Program-made: the position numbers and the translations under genes | Shown here: piece after piece, positions 48,983 through 58,931 of the stretch | Layout of the letters: each line of letters starts with the position of its first letter | Position numbering within the stretch: position 1 is the stretch's first letter | The notes under the pieces: model-generated | What the model was told of the DNA's origin: nothing | The model's input: the letters and a program-made list of their open reading frames with translations, nothing else | Database searches by the model: none | Assembly (NCBI GenBank): GCA_903869345.1 | Contig: CAIPYM010000008.1 | Coordinates: forward strand, 15,194 to 79,193 | Length of the DNA stretch: 64,000 bases | Source: an uncultured Pseudomonadota bacterium | GTDB taxonomy: Bacteria > Pseudomonadota > Alphaproteobacteria > UBA9219 | Direction: 5' to 3'

Positions 48983-50335
48983 TCAGGCCTTGGCCGGTTG
49001 GTCCTCGGTCCCCAGCGTTTCCAGCGGGGCCTCGGGGGAGAGGGGCGGCGCGTAAGGAACGTGAACCTCGTGCGCTCCGAGGCCCTCGCCGTGAAGCGCA
49101 TGGTCCAGACCCTGCTCCTCCACTTCGGCGCTCACGCGCAGGCCGCCTGCCAGTGCATGGACCGCCGTCAACAAAACCCACGTTGCGACGACCGACCACG
49201 CGATCGTGATTCCAATCCCCTTCAGCTGAACAAGAATCTGTGCCGAATGGCCGTCCACCCACCCCAAGGGATCGGAACCTCCCGTGACGGCCGACGTTGC
49301 AAAAACGCCCGTGAGAATTGCTCCCAGGATTCCCGCGACGCCGTGGATTCCAAAGCAATCCAGCGCATCGTCGTACCGGAAAAAGTCCTTTACGGCGGTG
49401 CAGGAGACATAGCAGAGCGCTCCGCCGAGGGCCCCCATTGCCAACGCGCCTTCCAGGTCCACGAACCCGGCGGCGGGGGTGATGGCAACAAGCCCCGCGA
49501 CGCTGCCGCTGAGGATTCCCGTGACCGTTGGTTTTCCACGCCGGAACCACTCCACGCCCATCCACGCGAGGCCCGCTGCACCCGCAGCCGTCATCGTCGC
49601 GGCCATGGCCATGCCCGCGCGACCTCCGGCGGCAAGGGCCGAACCAGCGTTGAACCCGAACCACCCCACCCAGAGCAACGACGCGCCGATGAGACTCTGC
49701 AGCACACTGTAAGGGCGTGCTTGATCCAACGGATGTCCCAGGCGCGGCCCCATGACGAGGGCCGTCACGAGCCCCGCGACACCCGCGCTGATATGCACAA
49801 CGGTCCCGCCCGCGAAGTCAAGCACACCCGCCGTTGCCAGAAAGCCGTTCGGGTGCCAGACCCAATGCGCAATCGGCGCGTACACCACCAGCGACCACGC
49901 GCCCATGAATAGCAAGAGCGCCGAGAATTTCATGCGGTCAGCAAACGCGCCCGCAATCAGCGCGGGCGTGATGATCGCAAACGTCATTTGGAACATCATA
50001 AAAACGGATTCAGGAATTGTCGTGGTGCTGGGGCTTGCACTGCCCGCGCCGAGGACGAACGCGTTGTTGAGGTCGGCACCCCGGAACAGCAACCGGCTGA
50101 AGTCACCGATCCAGGTCCCCAGGGTTCCGCCGTTCGTGAACGCGAGACTGTAGCCGACGATGACCCACAGCACCGTCACAACGCATGTTGTGGCGAACGT
50201 CTGCATGGCGGTGGCCAGCACATTCTTGTGCCGCACGAGGCCCGCGTAAAAAAGGGCCAACCCCGGCAAAGTCATCATCAAGACCAGCGCCGTCGAGGTG
50301 AGCATCCAAGCCGTGTCGCCACTGTTGATGAGCAT
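48983..50335 (-). CDS. amtB: Ammonium transporter AmtB
   Basis: Amt family 11-TM core with a cytoplasmic C-terminal tail. Start placed at MLINSGDTAWML (ATG 50333-50335). No glnK is adjacent. Confidence 0.85.
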   Translation of the reverse strand: MLINSGDTAWMLTSTALVLMMTLPGLALFYAGLVRHKNVLATAMQTFATTCVVTVLWVIVGYSLAFTNGGTLGTWIGDFSRLLFRGADLNNAFVLGAGSASPSTTTIPESVFMMFQMTFAIITPALIAGAFADRMKFSALLLFMGAWSLVVYAPIAHWVWHPNGFLATAGVLDFAGGTVVHISAGVAGLVTALVMGPRLGHPLDQARPYSVLQSLIGASLLWVGWFGFNAGSALAAGGRAGMAMAATMTAAGAAGLAWMGVEWFRRGKPTVTGILSGSVAGLVAITPAAGFVDLEGALAMGALGGALCYVSCTAVKDFFRYDDALDCFGIHGVAGILGAILTGVFATSAVTGGSDPLGWVDGHSAQILVQLKGIGITIAWSVVATWVLLTAVHALAGGLRVSAEVEEQGLDHALHGEGLGAHEVHVPYAPPLSPEAPLETLGTEDQPAKA

Positions 50336-50683
50336 CGCGCGTTTCCTTCGCCAAACGGGGCCGAGGTCTCGGCGACTCGGCCCTTTGCCAAGTTCCGTTC
50401 CCCTGCGGGGAGGAATCCCGTCCCCTTTCCTTTCTGTCAAGTGGCTTGAATTTCGTCCAGCAAAAACTCAGCCCGATTGTACCCAAGATTTTCCTCTGTG
50501 CTACGACCCTTAAAGGCCCGTCGGGTTGATTCCCGGTCCTTCCATGTGTCGAAAAGGCACGCGGAAGGAGTTCGGCCAAAAGACAAGCAAAGCCCGGCAA
50601 ACTCCAGATAATGTGGCCATACCCATCCTCCCCTCCACCAACATTGCGGAGGGTCGGGCTTCATACCCTCTCCCTTCCTGTTT

Positions 50684-51565
50684 TCAGGACCACGCCCCCT
50701 CTTTCAAGGCCTGCAACGCGGCAGGGATTCCGGCAACCAGATCCTCGGCGATCAGGCCTGGACCAAAGGCGCAAGCAACTTCTCCGTGCAACCAGACGGC
50801 TGCATTCGCGGCCTCAAACACAGGCATGCCAGAAGCCAAAAGACCAAGGATCATCCCCGCCAGGACATCCCCCGAACCCGCCGTCGCCAAGTCGGGGGGA
50901 CCGTTGGTTGTCGCGGTCAACCACCCCTCGGGTGTCGCGATCAACGTCGGCGAGCCTTTCAGCACAACGACACAACCCGCTTGCTGGGCCGCCCTCAGCG
51001 CCCGCTCGGCCTTAGGGGCTTGTAGGGCCAGACCCTTGCCGAAAAGCCGCGCAAATTCGCCCTCGTGCGGGGTGAGAACACATGCGGGATTCAACGCGGC
51101 CAACAAAACTTCGGGGATAGCCGCAAATGCCGTCAAAGCGTCGGCGTCCACAACGCAAGGCCGACCCGAGGCCAGCGCCGCGCAAACGCGCCCCTCGGTT
51201 TCGTCCCCCTGGCCCAGGCCTGGGCCGATCAACAGAGCCGAGGCGCGTGAATCCTCGATCAGCGCTTTCCAGGCCGCAAGCGTCGCACACGGGCGCACCA
51301 TCACGCTTTCCAGAGCCGTTGCGTAAACCGTGAACGCTTCGGGGGGCGAGGCCACCGTTACAAGGCCTGCCCCCATGCGCAGCGCCGCACGTGCCGCAAG
51401 CCGCGCCGCGCCCGTCATAACCGCACCGCCAGCAATCAGCGCCCGTCCACGTGTATGCTTATGCCCGTCTGACCGGGGCCACGGAAACGCGGCCTGCCAG
51501 AGTTCCGGCGCATTGGTCGCCCCCACCTCGGAGGTCGAAAAAGGAGAAGACAGGAAGGACACCAT
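50684..51565 (-). CDS. ADP-dependent NAD(P)H-hydrate dehydratase (YjeF C-terminal domain only)
   Basis: Carbohydrate-kinase-like YjeF-C sequence (…VLKGSPTLIATPEG…GSGDVLAGMI…). The ORF extends upstream through tRNA-His, so the start is set at ATG 51563-51565 (or GTG 51568). Confidence 0.7.
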   Translation of the reverse strand: MVSFLSSPFSTSEVGATNAPELWQAAFPWPRSDGHKHTRGRALIAGGAVMTGAARLAARAALRMGAGLVTVASPPEAFTVYATALESVMVRPCATLAAWKALIEDSRASALLIGPGLGQGDETEGRVCAALASGRPCVVDADALTAFAAIPEVLLAALNPACVLTPHEGEFARLFGKGLALQAPKAERALRAAQQAGCVVVLKGSPTLIATPEGWLTATTNGPPDLATAGSGDVLAGMILGLLASGMPVFEAANAAVWLHGEVACAFGPGLIAEDLVAGIPAALQALKEGAWS

Positions 51566-51602
51566 CACGCATCCCCTTGCCGCAAGATTCACAGTCTGTC
51601 CG

Positions 51603-51679
51603 TGGGGCGGCCGATGGGACTCGAACCCACGACAACTCGGACCACAACCGAGGGCTCTACCAGCTGAGCTACGGCCGCC
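51603..51679 (-). tRNA. tRNA-His (anticodon GUG) with genomically encoded G-1 and CCA
   Basis: The reverse complement reads G-GCGGCCGTAGCTCAGCTGGTAGAGCCCTCGGTTGTGGTCCGAGTTGTCGTGGGTTCGAGTCCCATCGGCCGCCCCA. The anticodon loop is TTGTGGT (GTG). The extra 5' G pairs with discriminator C73. Confidence 0.85.
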
Positions 51680-51903
51680 ATCGCACGGGCACACATCGCC
51701 CTTTCCGGACGACCACAAGGCCCTAAGAAGCACACAGGGTCCGCCAACGTCAATCATGGCTTGACGATAAAAATCAGTTTTCTCCTTTAAAAAGCACTGA
51801 CGGTCACAAAAGCCGACTTGCGTGCTGTCTTCGCGGCCCCTACGCTCCGGGCTCCCTTCTCCCTGGATCCAGGGCAATTCCGCAGAGCTGAAGGTCTTTC
51901 GTG

Positions 51904-52791
51904 ATGACGTTCCTCAAAACAGTGGGCCTCATCTTGCTGGTGCCCTACGGGATCGCATGCCTCGCGCTGTTCGTAGGACAACGGACTCTGCAGTACATCC
52001 CCAATCAACACGAGGTGGCCCCGGCCTCCGCTGGACTCAGCTCCCTGCAAACCGTTCACCTCGTGACGACGGACGGAGAACGGTTGTTGGCCTGGTACGC
52101 ACCGCCGCGCGAAGCCAACAACCCGGTGGTCCTCTACCTGCACGGCAATGGTGGAAACTTGGCGAACCGCGCCGACCGTTTTGCCTGGATGATCCAGCAG
52201 GGGTGGGGATTCTTGGCGCTGGATTGGCGCGGCTACGGAGGCTCAACGGGAACGCCGACCGAACAAGGTTTACGCGAAGATGCCCGCACGGCTTGGTGCG
52301 CCCTTGTGAAGGACGCGCAATGTCCAAAGCAGGGAGATTCGCCCGCGCTCACGGGCGGTCACCTTCCTGCGTCACGCGTTGTCATTTTCGGCGAATCGCT
52401 CGGAACAACCCTTGCCGTCCTTTTGGCCGCCGATGTTCAACCGGGAGCTGTTGTTCTGGATTCCGCCCTTGCGTCGGCACTGGATGTTGGTCAGCGGCGC
52501 TTTCCCTGGCTCCCGATCTCCTGGCTCATGCGCGATCCCTTACGCGCGGACTTGGCCGCCCCACGGCTGACACGTCCCGTGCTGCAGATTCACTGTCACA
52601 ACGATCCGATCGTCCCCTTTGCGTCGGGGCAAAAGATGCATGCGCTCTTGCCGCAGGTCAGACCGCTTGTCGTCCTTGAAGGCCGCTGCCATACGCCGGC
52701 CCTCCTGCGCTTTCAAGACGAGCTGACAGCTTTTGTAGCCGAGGTGTTGGTCGCGCCCTTCCCGGAAAGGCTCAACCTCACCCGCCCGTAA
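51904..52791 (+). CDS. Alpha/beta hydrolase family protein
   Basis: N-terminal TM anchor, HGNGGN oxyanion-hole region and GESLG nucleophile elbow. Confidence 0.65.
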   Translation: MTFLKTVGLILLVPYGIACLALFVGQRTLQYIPNQHEVAPASAGLSSLQTVHLVTTDGERLLAWYAPPREANNPVVLYLHGNGGNLANRADRFAWMIQQGWGFLALDWRGYGGSTGTPTEQGLREDARTAWCALVKDAQCPKQGDSPALTGGHLPASRVVIFGESLGTTLAVLLAADVQPGAVVLDSALASALDVGQRRFPWLPISWLMRDPLRADLAAPRLTRPVLQIHCHNDPIVPFASGQKMHALLPQVRPLVVLEGRCHTPALLRFQDELTAFVAEVLVAPFPERLNLTRP

Positions 52792-54067
52792 AGTGGCTGA
52801 GAAGGCTTTCCACGCTGATCTCTTGCCGTTGGCCGTCGGCGCGTTTCTTGACCTCCACAACACCCTTGGCCAAACCGCGCGGACCAACAATGACCTGCCA
52901 GGGAAGACCTAGAAGGTCCATGTCCGCAAACTTCACCCCGGCGCTTTCCGTCCGATCGTCGTAAAGCGTCTCGATACCGATCGCCGCCAAGCGCTGCTCC
53001 AGGTCCGCCCCCAGCGCGTCCACGTCGGCGGCTCCTGGTTTAAGGTTGATAAGCCCAACACGGTACGGCGCAACGCTTTCGGGCCAAATCATTCCGTGAT
53101 CATCGCTGAGGCATTCGACAATCGCCCCCATCAAGCGACTGGGGCCCATGCCATACGTCCCCATGATAATCGGACACCGCTCGCCGTCGCGGTCCGTGTA
53201 CGTAGCCCCAAAGGGGTCGCTGAATCGCGTGACGAGTTTAAAGATGTTCCCAACTTCAATCGCCTTATGCTCTTGCAGCATTTTTTCATCACCCGGTTTG
53301 TAGCCTGGGATGATGTCCCGCACAGCATCAAGATCCCCGACAATCTCGCGGTTAATCGCGAGCTCGGTGTCAGGAATACGGTAAATGGTATCTTCGCCGT
53401 AGGGAGTCAGGGTCTGGAACTCGTGGGAATATCGGCTGAACGACCCCCCCGAGGCGTAGGTCAGCAGCGTCCGATCCCCAAGGCCGCAGCGCTCGTAAAC
53501 CCGTCGGTACGCGACAACGGCGCGGTTGTAAAAGTCGTCCAAATCGTCCTGATTCGTGTGAAAGGAATACATGTCCTTCATCCGAAACTCACGCCCGCGC
53601 AAAAGCCCGGACTTGGGGCGGGGCTCGTTCCGGAACTTGGTCTGAATTTGGTAAACAACCGTCGGCAGGTCCCTGTACGAGTGAACAAACCCGGCCACAA
53701 GTGGCGTCACGATTTCCTCGTGTGTCGGCCCGAGCGCCAAATCGCACGCAGTACCCGGCGCGACCACCCCGCCCTCGCTGCTAAGGCGATAAAGGACATC
53801 CAACGTATCCCACCGACCTGTTTTCGCCCACGGTTCGCGCGGGTGCAGCGTCGGCATCAGGATTTCCTGCCCCCCGAGGGCGTTCATCTCCTCGCGGATG
53901 ATGTTTTCAATGCGCGTGAGGACTCGTAAGCCCAAAGGGAGAAACTGGTAGACGCCCGCCATCAGGCGGCTGACGTACCCCGCGCGCGTGAGCAGTTGTG
54001 CGTTGAGGCTCACCTCGCTGCGGCTGGACTCTTTGCTGGTGTGCGTGACAAGACGGCTGAGACGCAT
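52778..54067 (-). CDS. proS: Proline--tRNA ligase (short form without editing insertion)
   Basis: Class II aaRS motifs and ProRS anticodon-binding domain. Start ATG 54065-54067 (MRLSRLV…). Confidence 0.85.
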   Translation of the reverse strand: MRLSRLVTHTSKESSRSEVSLNAQLLTRAGYVSRLMAGVYQFLPLGLRVLTRIENIIREEMNALGGQEILMPTLHPREPWAKTGRWDTLDVLYRLSSEGGVVAPGTACDLALGPTHEEIVTPLVAGFVHSYRDLPTVVYQIQTKFRNEPRPKSGLLRGREFRMKDMYSFHTNQDDLDDFYNRAVVAYRRVYERCGLGDRTLLTYASGGSFSRYSHEFQTLTPYGEDTIYRIPDTELAINREIVGDLDAVRDIIPGYKPGDEKMLQEHKAIEVGNIFKLVTRFSDPFGATYTDRDGERCPIIMGTYGMGPSRLMGAIVECLSDDHGMIWPESVAPYRVGLINLKPGAADVDALGADLEQRLAAIGIETLYDDRTESAGVKFADMDLLGLPWQVIVGPRGLAKGVVEVKKRADGQRQEISVESLLSHFTGG

Positions 54068-54229
54068 GGGGCTCGGCACTCCGTGACAGAACTTGCCGCC
54101 TCTCAAAGGCAGCTTCATACTCGCGGAACCTAAGCGAAGCCCTAAGCCCTGTCCATGCCTCCCCCTTTCCCCTCCCCTCCTCCCCTTTCGGTGCCGCTCT
54201 CCCTGCCTGCAGGCGTGTCGGACACCGCC

Positions 54230-54928
54230 ATGATTCTGGCGGCGGGACTCGGTGAGCGCATGCGCCCCCTCACCCTGACAACCCCCAAGCCCCTCCTGGC
54301 GGTGGGCGGCAAGCCGATGCTGGATCACGCGCTGGAGGCGTTGAAAGCGGCGGGCGTTCGTCGCGTGGTTGTGAACACGTTTCACCTCGCCGAGCAAATT
54401 GAATCGCACCTTGCGCGTCGTTCAGACCTTGAGGTCCTGATCGTGCGCGAGGCCTCGCTCCTCGATAGCGGCGGCGGCGTTTTGAACGCCCGTCAACGGT
54501 GGCCCGACGTGTTCGGTCCTTCACCTTTTTTCGTCCTCAACGCCGATCTCACGTGGGAGGATGGCCCCGGCGAGGTTCCCGCGCTGACGCGCCTTGCACG
54601 GTTTTGGAAGCCACGCCGCATGGACATCGCGCTGTTGGTCATGGAAACCGCCAAAGCCCGAGGGTTTCCGGAGCGCGGGGATTTCATGCGCACCCCCGAC
54701 GGACGGCTCGGACGGCATAACGCGCCAGTGCCTCGCTCGCACGTTTTTATCTCGGCGCGGATCGTCAGCCCCACGCTCTTTGAGGGAATCACCGAGCGCG
54801 TTTTTTCCATGAATCGCCTTTTCGACGAGGCCGAGGCGCGAGGGCGTCTTTTTGGTTTGGAGCACCGGGGAACGTGCTTTCACGTCGGCACGCCGCACGA
54901 CCTGGAGGCCGCCAACCGCACGAGGTAA
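54230..54928 (+). CDS. murU: Nucleotidyltransferase, MurU-like (N-acetylmuramate-1-phosphate uridylyltransferase family)
   Basis: MILAAGLGERMRPLTLTTPKPLL sugar-nucleotidyltransferase N-terminus with overall MurU-like length and sequence. No amgK is adjacent. Confidence 0.55.
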   Translation: MILAAGLGERMRPLTLTTPKPLLAVGGKPMLDHALEALKAAGVRRVVVNTFHLAEQIESHLARRSDLEVLIVREASLLDSGGGVLNARQRWPDVFGPSPFFVLNADLTWEDGPGEVPALTRLARFWKPRRMDIALLVMETAKARGFPERGDFMRTPDGRLGRHNAPVPRSHVFISARIVSPTLFEGITERVFSMNRLFDEAEARGRLFGLEHRGTCFHVGTPHDLEAANRTR

Positions 54929-55001
54929 CTCATCCGAGGACCAAAATGGAGGTGATCGGAGACCTCTGGGCTCGAGTGACGTTGTCAGCTACAGTTCCTT
55001 T

Positions 55002-55799
55002 ATGTTGGTAGATAGCCATTGCCATTTAGCGTTTCCGGAACTTGCGGCGGATGTTGCGGGTGTGGTGGAGCGTGCCCGCGCAGCGGGCGTCGGGCGGCTC
55101 GTGACCGTGGCGACGCGCCGGGTGGAATGGGACGAGGTTCGCCGCTTGACGGCCCTTTTCCCCGAAGTCTACGCGGCGGTGGGCGTTCATCCGCACCATG
55201 CAGCTGATGCGGGGGAGGCCGTCACGGTGGAAGACCTTGAAGCGGCGGTTCGGGACAATCCCAAAGTTGTGGGAATCGGGGAAAGCGGGCTGGATTATTT
55301 CTATGACTTCACGCCCCGCGCGGTCCAGGAATCGGTTTTTCGCGTGCAGGCCATCGCCGCACGTCGCGCAGGTGTTCCGCTGATCATCCACAGTCGGGAA
55401 GCCGAATCCGACACGGTCCGGGTCGTGCGCGAGGTCGCCGAGGCTCCCGGCTTTGATCGCCCCCTCACGGGCGTCTTGCATTGCTTTAGCGCAGGCCCCG
55501 CGTTGGCCAAGGCAGGGCTGGACCTTGGGTTCTTTCTGTCGTTTGCGGGAATCGTGACGTTCAAAAAAGCAGACGCTCTGCGGACCGTCGCAGCAACCGT
55601 GCCCCTCGATCGACTGTTGGTGGAGACCGACTCGCCCTACCTCGCGCCTGTGCCGTACCGTGGGAAGACGTGCGAGCCCGCGTATGTCGCGCGAACCGCC
55701 GAGGTGTTGGCGGGCATCAAGGGCGTCTCTCCGGCCGAGCTCGCTGCGCGGACGACCAACAACTTTTTTCGCCTGTTTACGAAAGTGCCGCCTCCATGA
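55002..55799 (+). CDS. tatD: TatD family metal-dependent DNase/hydrolase
   Basis: DSHCHL, GESGLDY and ETDSPYL motifs. Start ATG 55002. Confidence 0.85.
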   Translation: MLVDSHCHLAFPELAADVAGVVERARAAGVGRLVTVATRRVEWDEVRRLTALFPEVYAAVGVHPHHAADAGEAVTVEDLEAAVRDNPKVVGIGESGLDYFYDFTPRAVQESVFRVQAIAARRAGVPLIIHSREAESDTVRVVREVAEAPGFDRPLTGVLHCFSAGPALAKAGLDLGFFLSFAGIVTFKKADALRTVAATVPLDRLLVETDSPYLAPVPYRGKTCEPAYVARTAEVLAGIKGVSPAELAARTTNNFFRLFTKVPPP

Positions 55800-56575
55800 A
55801 AATCACGGTCCTTGGGTGTGGCAGTTCGGGCGGCGTGCCGCTGATCGGTGGAACGTGGGGCGCGTGCGACCCGAACGAGCCGCGTAATTTCCGCCGCCGC
55901 GCCTCAATCCTCATCGAAGAGGACTCAACGACTCTGTTGGTGGACACTTCGCCGGACTTGCGGGAGCAGGCTTTAACGTACGATCTGAAAAGGCCGCTGG
56001 ACGCCGTGCTCTACACGCACGAACACGCGGACCACTGCCACGGCTTGAACGACCTGAGGGGATTCAACTGGCTGACGAACCAGGCTATTCCCGTTTACGG
56101 GACCGAGCACACGCTGAAAGCCATTCAAAGCTATTTTAGCTATGCCTTCGAACCTCTGGGCCCAAGCGCATATTTCTACAAACCCCTTTTGATTCCGCAT
56201 GTTCTGAAGGGCTCTGCGCATTTTGGGCCCCTGACGGTTCAACCGTTCACGCAAGAGCACGGCCCCACGATGACGACGCTGGGGTTTCGGGTGGGCGATT
56301 TTGCGTACAGCACCGATGTGCGCATTTTGAACGAAGAGGCCTTTGAGGTTTTGCGCGGTGTGAAAGTGTGGATCGTCGACGGCGTCCGCGAACGGCCGCA
56401 CCCAACGCATGCTCACGTGGCCCAAACGCTCGCGTGGATCGAGCGTGTCCGGCCCGAGCAGGCTTACCTGACGCACATGGACGAGAGTCTGGATTACGCC
56501 ACGCTCGCGGCGAGGCTCCCTGCCGGGGTTGCGCCCGCCTACGACGGAATGGTCATTCACCTTCCTGCATCGTGA
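55796..56575 (+). CDS. MBL-fold metallo-hydrolase (PhnP/YycJ-like)
   Basis: HEHADH metal-binding motif. Start overlaps the tatD stop (ATGA). Confidence 0.7.
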   Translation: MKITVLGCGSSGGVPLIGGTWGACDPNEPRNFRRRASILIEEDSTTLLVDTSPDLREQALTYDLKRPLDAVLYTHEHADHCHGLNDLRGFNWLTNQAIPVYGTEHTLKAIQSYFSYAFEPLGPSAYFYKPLLIPHVLKGSAHFGPLTVQPFTQEHGPTMTTLGFRVGDFAYSTDVRILNEEAFEVLRGVKVWIVDGVRERPHPTHAHVAQTLAWIERVRPEQAYLTHMDESLDYATLAARLPAGVAPAYDGMVIHLPAS

Positions 56576-56586
56576 AAAGAAGACGA

Positions 56587-57126
56587 CTAGTTTGGGTCGC
56601 GGAAGGTGATGGCAGAATTCGTGTTGTTGGGCCCGACATCCACGTCCCGAAAGCCCTGCGTTTGATAACCCCGAGCTTCACAATCACCATCGCCCTCAAT
56701 TTTGAAGGCTTTAGGCAAGATGCAAAACACATAACGTCCTTCCCATACCGTTGGGGACGCTGGACCTGTTTCAGCAACCGGTGACGGAGATTTTGATCCC
56801 CGTGCGAAGTAAAAATAAAAACGCTGGGTCAGAGGACGGGCGTAGACCTTCATGCATTGTCCAGAGGGAATGGACCACCAGCCTTCGGAAATCCATGTCA
56901 AGTTCTCGCGGTACCCAAAAGCGGCTTCAACAACACCAGACGTTGCGTTGCACATACGAAATCCGCTAGGATTTTCAATGACTTGTTGAGCGGCGACCGG
57001 GGGTGGCACGGAGGCCCGCCCCTGATAAAACTTCCAAAACCCCCAAGAAAGCACGAGAATCGCGACCACAGCACCCGCAGCAATCACCGCAAGGGTTTGA
57101 GGGGAAAGTCGAGAAAATCTTTTCAT
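56587..57126 (-). CDS. Membrane-anchored Cys-containing hypothetical protein (DUF1036-like)
   Basis: N-terminal TM (LAVIAAGAVVAILVLSWGFW) followed by a domain with four conserved-looking Cys residues. The family call is tentative. Confidence 0.35.
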   Translation of the reverse strand: MKRFSRLSPQTLAVIAAGAVVAILVLSWGFWKFYQGRASVPPPVAAQQVIENPSGFRMCNATSGVVEAAFGYRENLTWISEGWWSIPSGQCMKVYARPLTQRFYFYFARGSKSPSPVAETGPASPTVWEGRYVFCILPKAFKIEGDGDCEARGYQTQGFRDVDVGPNNTNSAITFRDPN

Positions 57127-57338
57127 GGGGCCCTTGGTCTCTGTCGGGGTTCGCGAAGAGGGGAAAACCCGAGGACAATATGATCCCCCTCTTTTTGAAC
57201 ATTCCCGCCACGGACTTCAAGGGGTCTCTTCGTCCACCCTCTTGTTTTTCGCCGTCGCCTCTTGGATACCTGAGGCTTGAAGCCTTGGCATCCTGAAGAC
57301 CCTTGGGTCTCTTCACGCCTGTTCATCCGGAGCGGTCC

Positions 57339-58214
57339 ATGCCCAATCCCACGTTCGCCATCCCTGATTCGGAGCTGGAGAGCCTGTTACAACGCTACAC
57401 GCGCGACATCACCGCCCAGGACCGTGCGGGGCGTTTTGATCCGATTTCAGGCCGCGATAAGGAGCTGGACCGCGTGACACTGATTCTTTTGCAGCGTCTG
57501 CGTAAAAACGTCATGCTTTTGGGGCAAGCGGGTGTCGGTAAAACAGCGCTGTGCATTGGGTTCGCCCAATGGGTTAACCAAAAGAAGGTCCCCCTGCCCC
57601 TTCAAGGAGCGCGAGTCATCGAGCTGGAAATGTCCATGGTTGGGGCAGGATCCTCCTCCCGCGCCGACCTGGAAGGCCGCCTCATTCCCATCATTAAGGG
57701 CGTGGCCGAGCGCAACGCGACACGGACGCAACCGCCCATTATCTTTTTCGTGGACGAGTTTCACCAATTGATGATCGCGTTTCGGGCCTCCAGTTACGCG
57801 GGCGTTGCGGATTTGCTGAAGCCCTACATGACGACGGGCGATCTTTCGCTGATCGCTGCGACAACGCGCGAAGAGTTCGACGACTACGTCAAGCTTGATC
57901 CTGCGTTGGAGCGCCGCTTTCAGCAGGTGATGCTGGAAACGCCCGATGTTCCCGCCACGTTCGAGATTCTGAAAAACCTGAAAGCTTCGTTCGAAAAACA
58001 CTACAACCTCACCATCTCGGACCAAGCGTGCTCCCACATCGTCAAGTTAGCCGATCGTTACATTCCAAGGCGTACAAATCCCGATAAATCCATTATTATT
58101 CTCGACCAAGCGTGTGCTTATGCTATTAAGAACGGTGTAACGGGTGCTTTGGACGATGATTCGGTCACAACCGCTCTTGCCGCCGAGGCGGGTTTGAACC
58201 CCAAGGCTCTTTAG
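57339..58214 (+). CDS. Standalone AAA+ ATPase homologous to the ClpA/ClpB D1 nucleotide-binding domain
   Basis: GRDKELDRV…LLGQAGVGKTA (Walker A), FFVDEFHQL (Walker B), LKPYMTTGDLSLIAATTREEFDDYVKLDPALERRFQQV (ClpB sensor-1/arginine-finger region). About 290 aa. No N-domain, middle domain or D2. Confidence 0.6.
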   Translation: MPNPTFAIPDSELESLLQRYTRDITAQDRAGRFDPISGRDKELDRVTLILLQRLRKNVMLLGQAGVGKTALCIGFAQWVNQKKVPLPLQGARVIELEMSMVGAGSSSRADLEGRLIPIIKGVAERNATRTQPPIIFFVDEFHQLMIAFRASSYAGVADLLKPYMTTGDLSLIAATTREEFDDYVKLDPALERRFQQVMLETPDVPATFEILKNLKASFEKHYNLTISDQACSHIVKLADRYIPRRTNPDKSIIILDQACAYAIKNGVTGALDDDSVTTALAAEAGLNPKAL

Positions 58215-58229
58215 CCGAGTCGTCCCCCG

Positions 58230-58931
58230 ATGCGCCCTGGACCTTTGCCTCTCGCCCTGGATTTGCCCATGCCTTCCTTCTTGCGCTCGTTCATCCGTCC
58301 CCGTTCCTTCATCGGAGGGTGCGTTGTGGTGCTGAGTCTTTGGCTGAACCTCGGGACGGGATTGGCAGCCCCTCTTACGGTTGCAAGCCCCTCGCCGTCG
58401 GCCTCAAGCGTGGTGGAGCATTTTTACGGCAAGCTGCTTGCCACGATGAAACAAGGTGAGACACTGGGGTTTGAGGGACGCGTTCACGCGTTGACTCCCG
58501 TTGTGACGCGAGCGTTCGATATGCCGCTCATGGCGCGTCTGTCGGCGGGGCCTGCGTGGGCCACGAAAAGCGACGGTGAGCGCACCGAACTGATCAAGGT
58601 CTTCACGACGTGGACGGTCGCGACATACGCCGACCGCTTTCCGCGTTTTACGGGCGAGGCTTTTGAGGTCCTGACCGAAAAACCCCTTCCAAGCGGCGGG
58701 GTGATGGTGGAAACGCGCTTGCACCCCGCAGGCGCACCCTCCGTGGCCCTGAATTACCTGGTCCGCGTTGGACCGGACGGAACCCCCCGAATCGCGGATG
58801 TCTTTCTTGAAAACACGGTCAGCGAACTGGCCACACGCCGCGCGGAGTTCACAGCAGTGATTGCCCAGAACGGCTGGGATTCCTTGGTTGCTTTGTTGGA
58901 CGAAAAAACCCGTAAGATGAAGGGAGCATAA
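58230..58931 (+). CDS. MlaC/Ttg2D-family periplasmic lipid-binding protein
   Basis: Signal peptide. The C-terminal block ADVFLENTVSELATRRAEFTAVIAQNGWDSLVAL aligns with MlaC (…EGVSMITTKQNEWGTLL…GIDGL…). Confidence 0.55.
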   Translation: MRPGPLPLALDLPMPSFLRSFIRPRSFIGGCVVVLSLWLNLGTGLAAPLTVASPSPSASSVVEHFYGKLLATMKQGETLGFEGRVHALTPVVTRAFDMPLMARLSAGPAWATKSDGERTELIKVFTTWTVATYADRFPRFTGEAFEVLTEKPLPSGGVMVETRLHPAGAPSVALNYLVRVGPDGTPRIADVFLENTVSELATRRAEFTAVIAQNGWDSLVALLDEKTRKMKGA

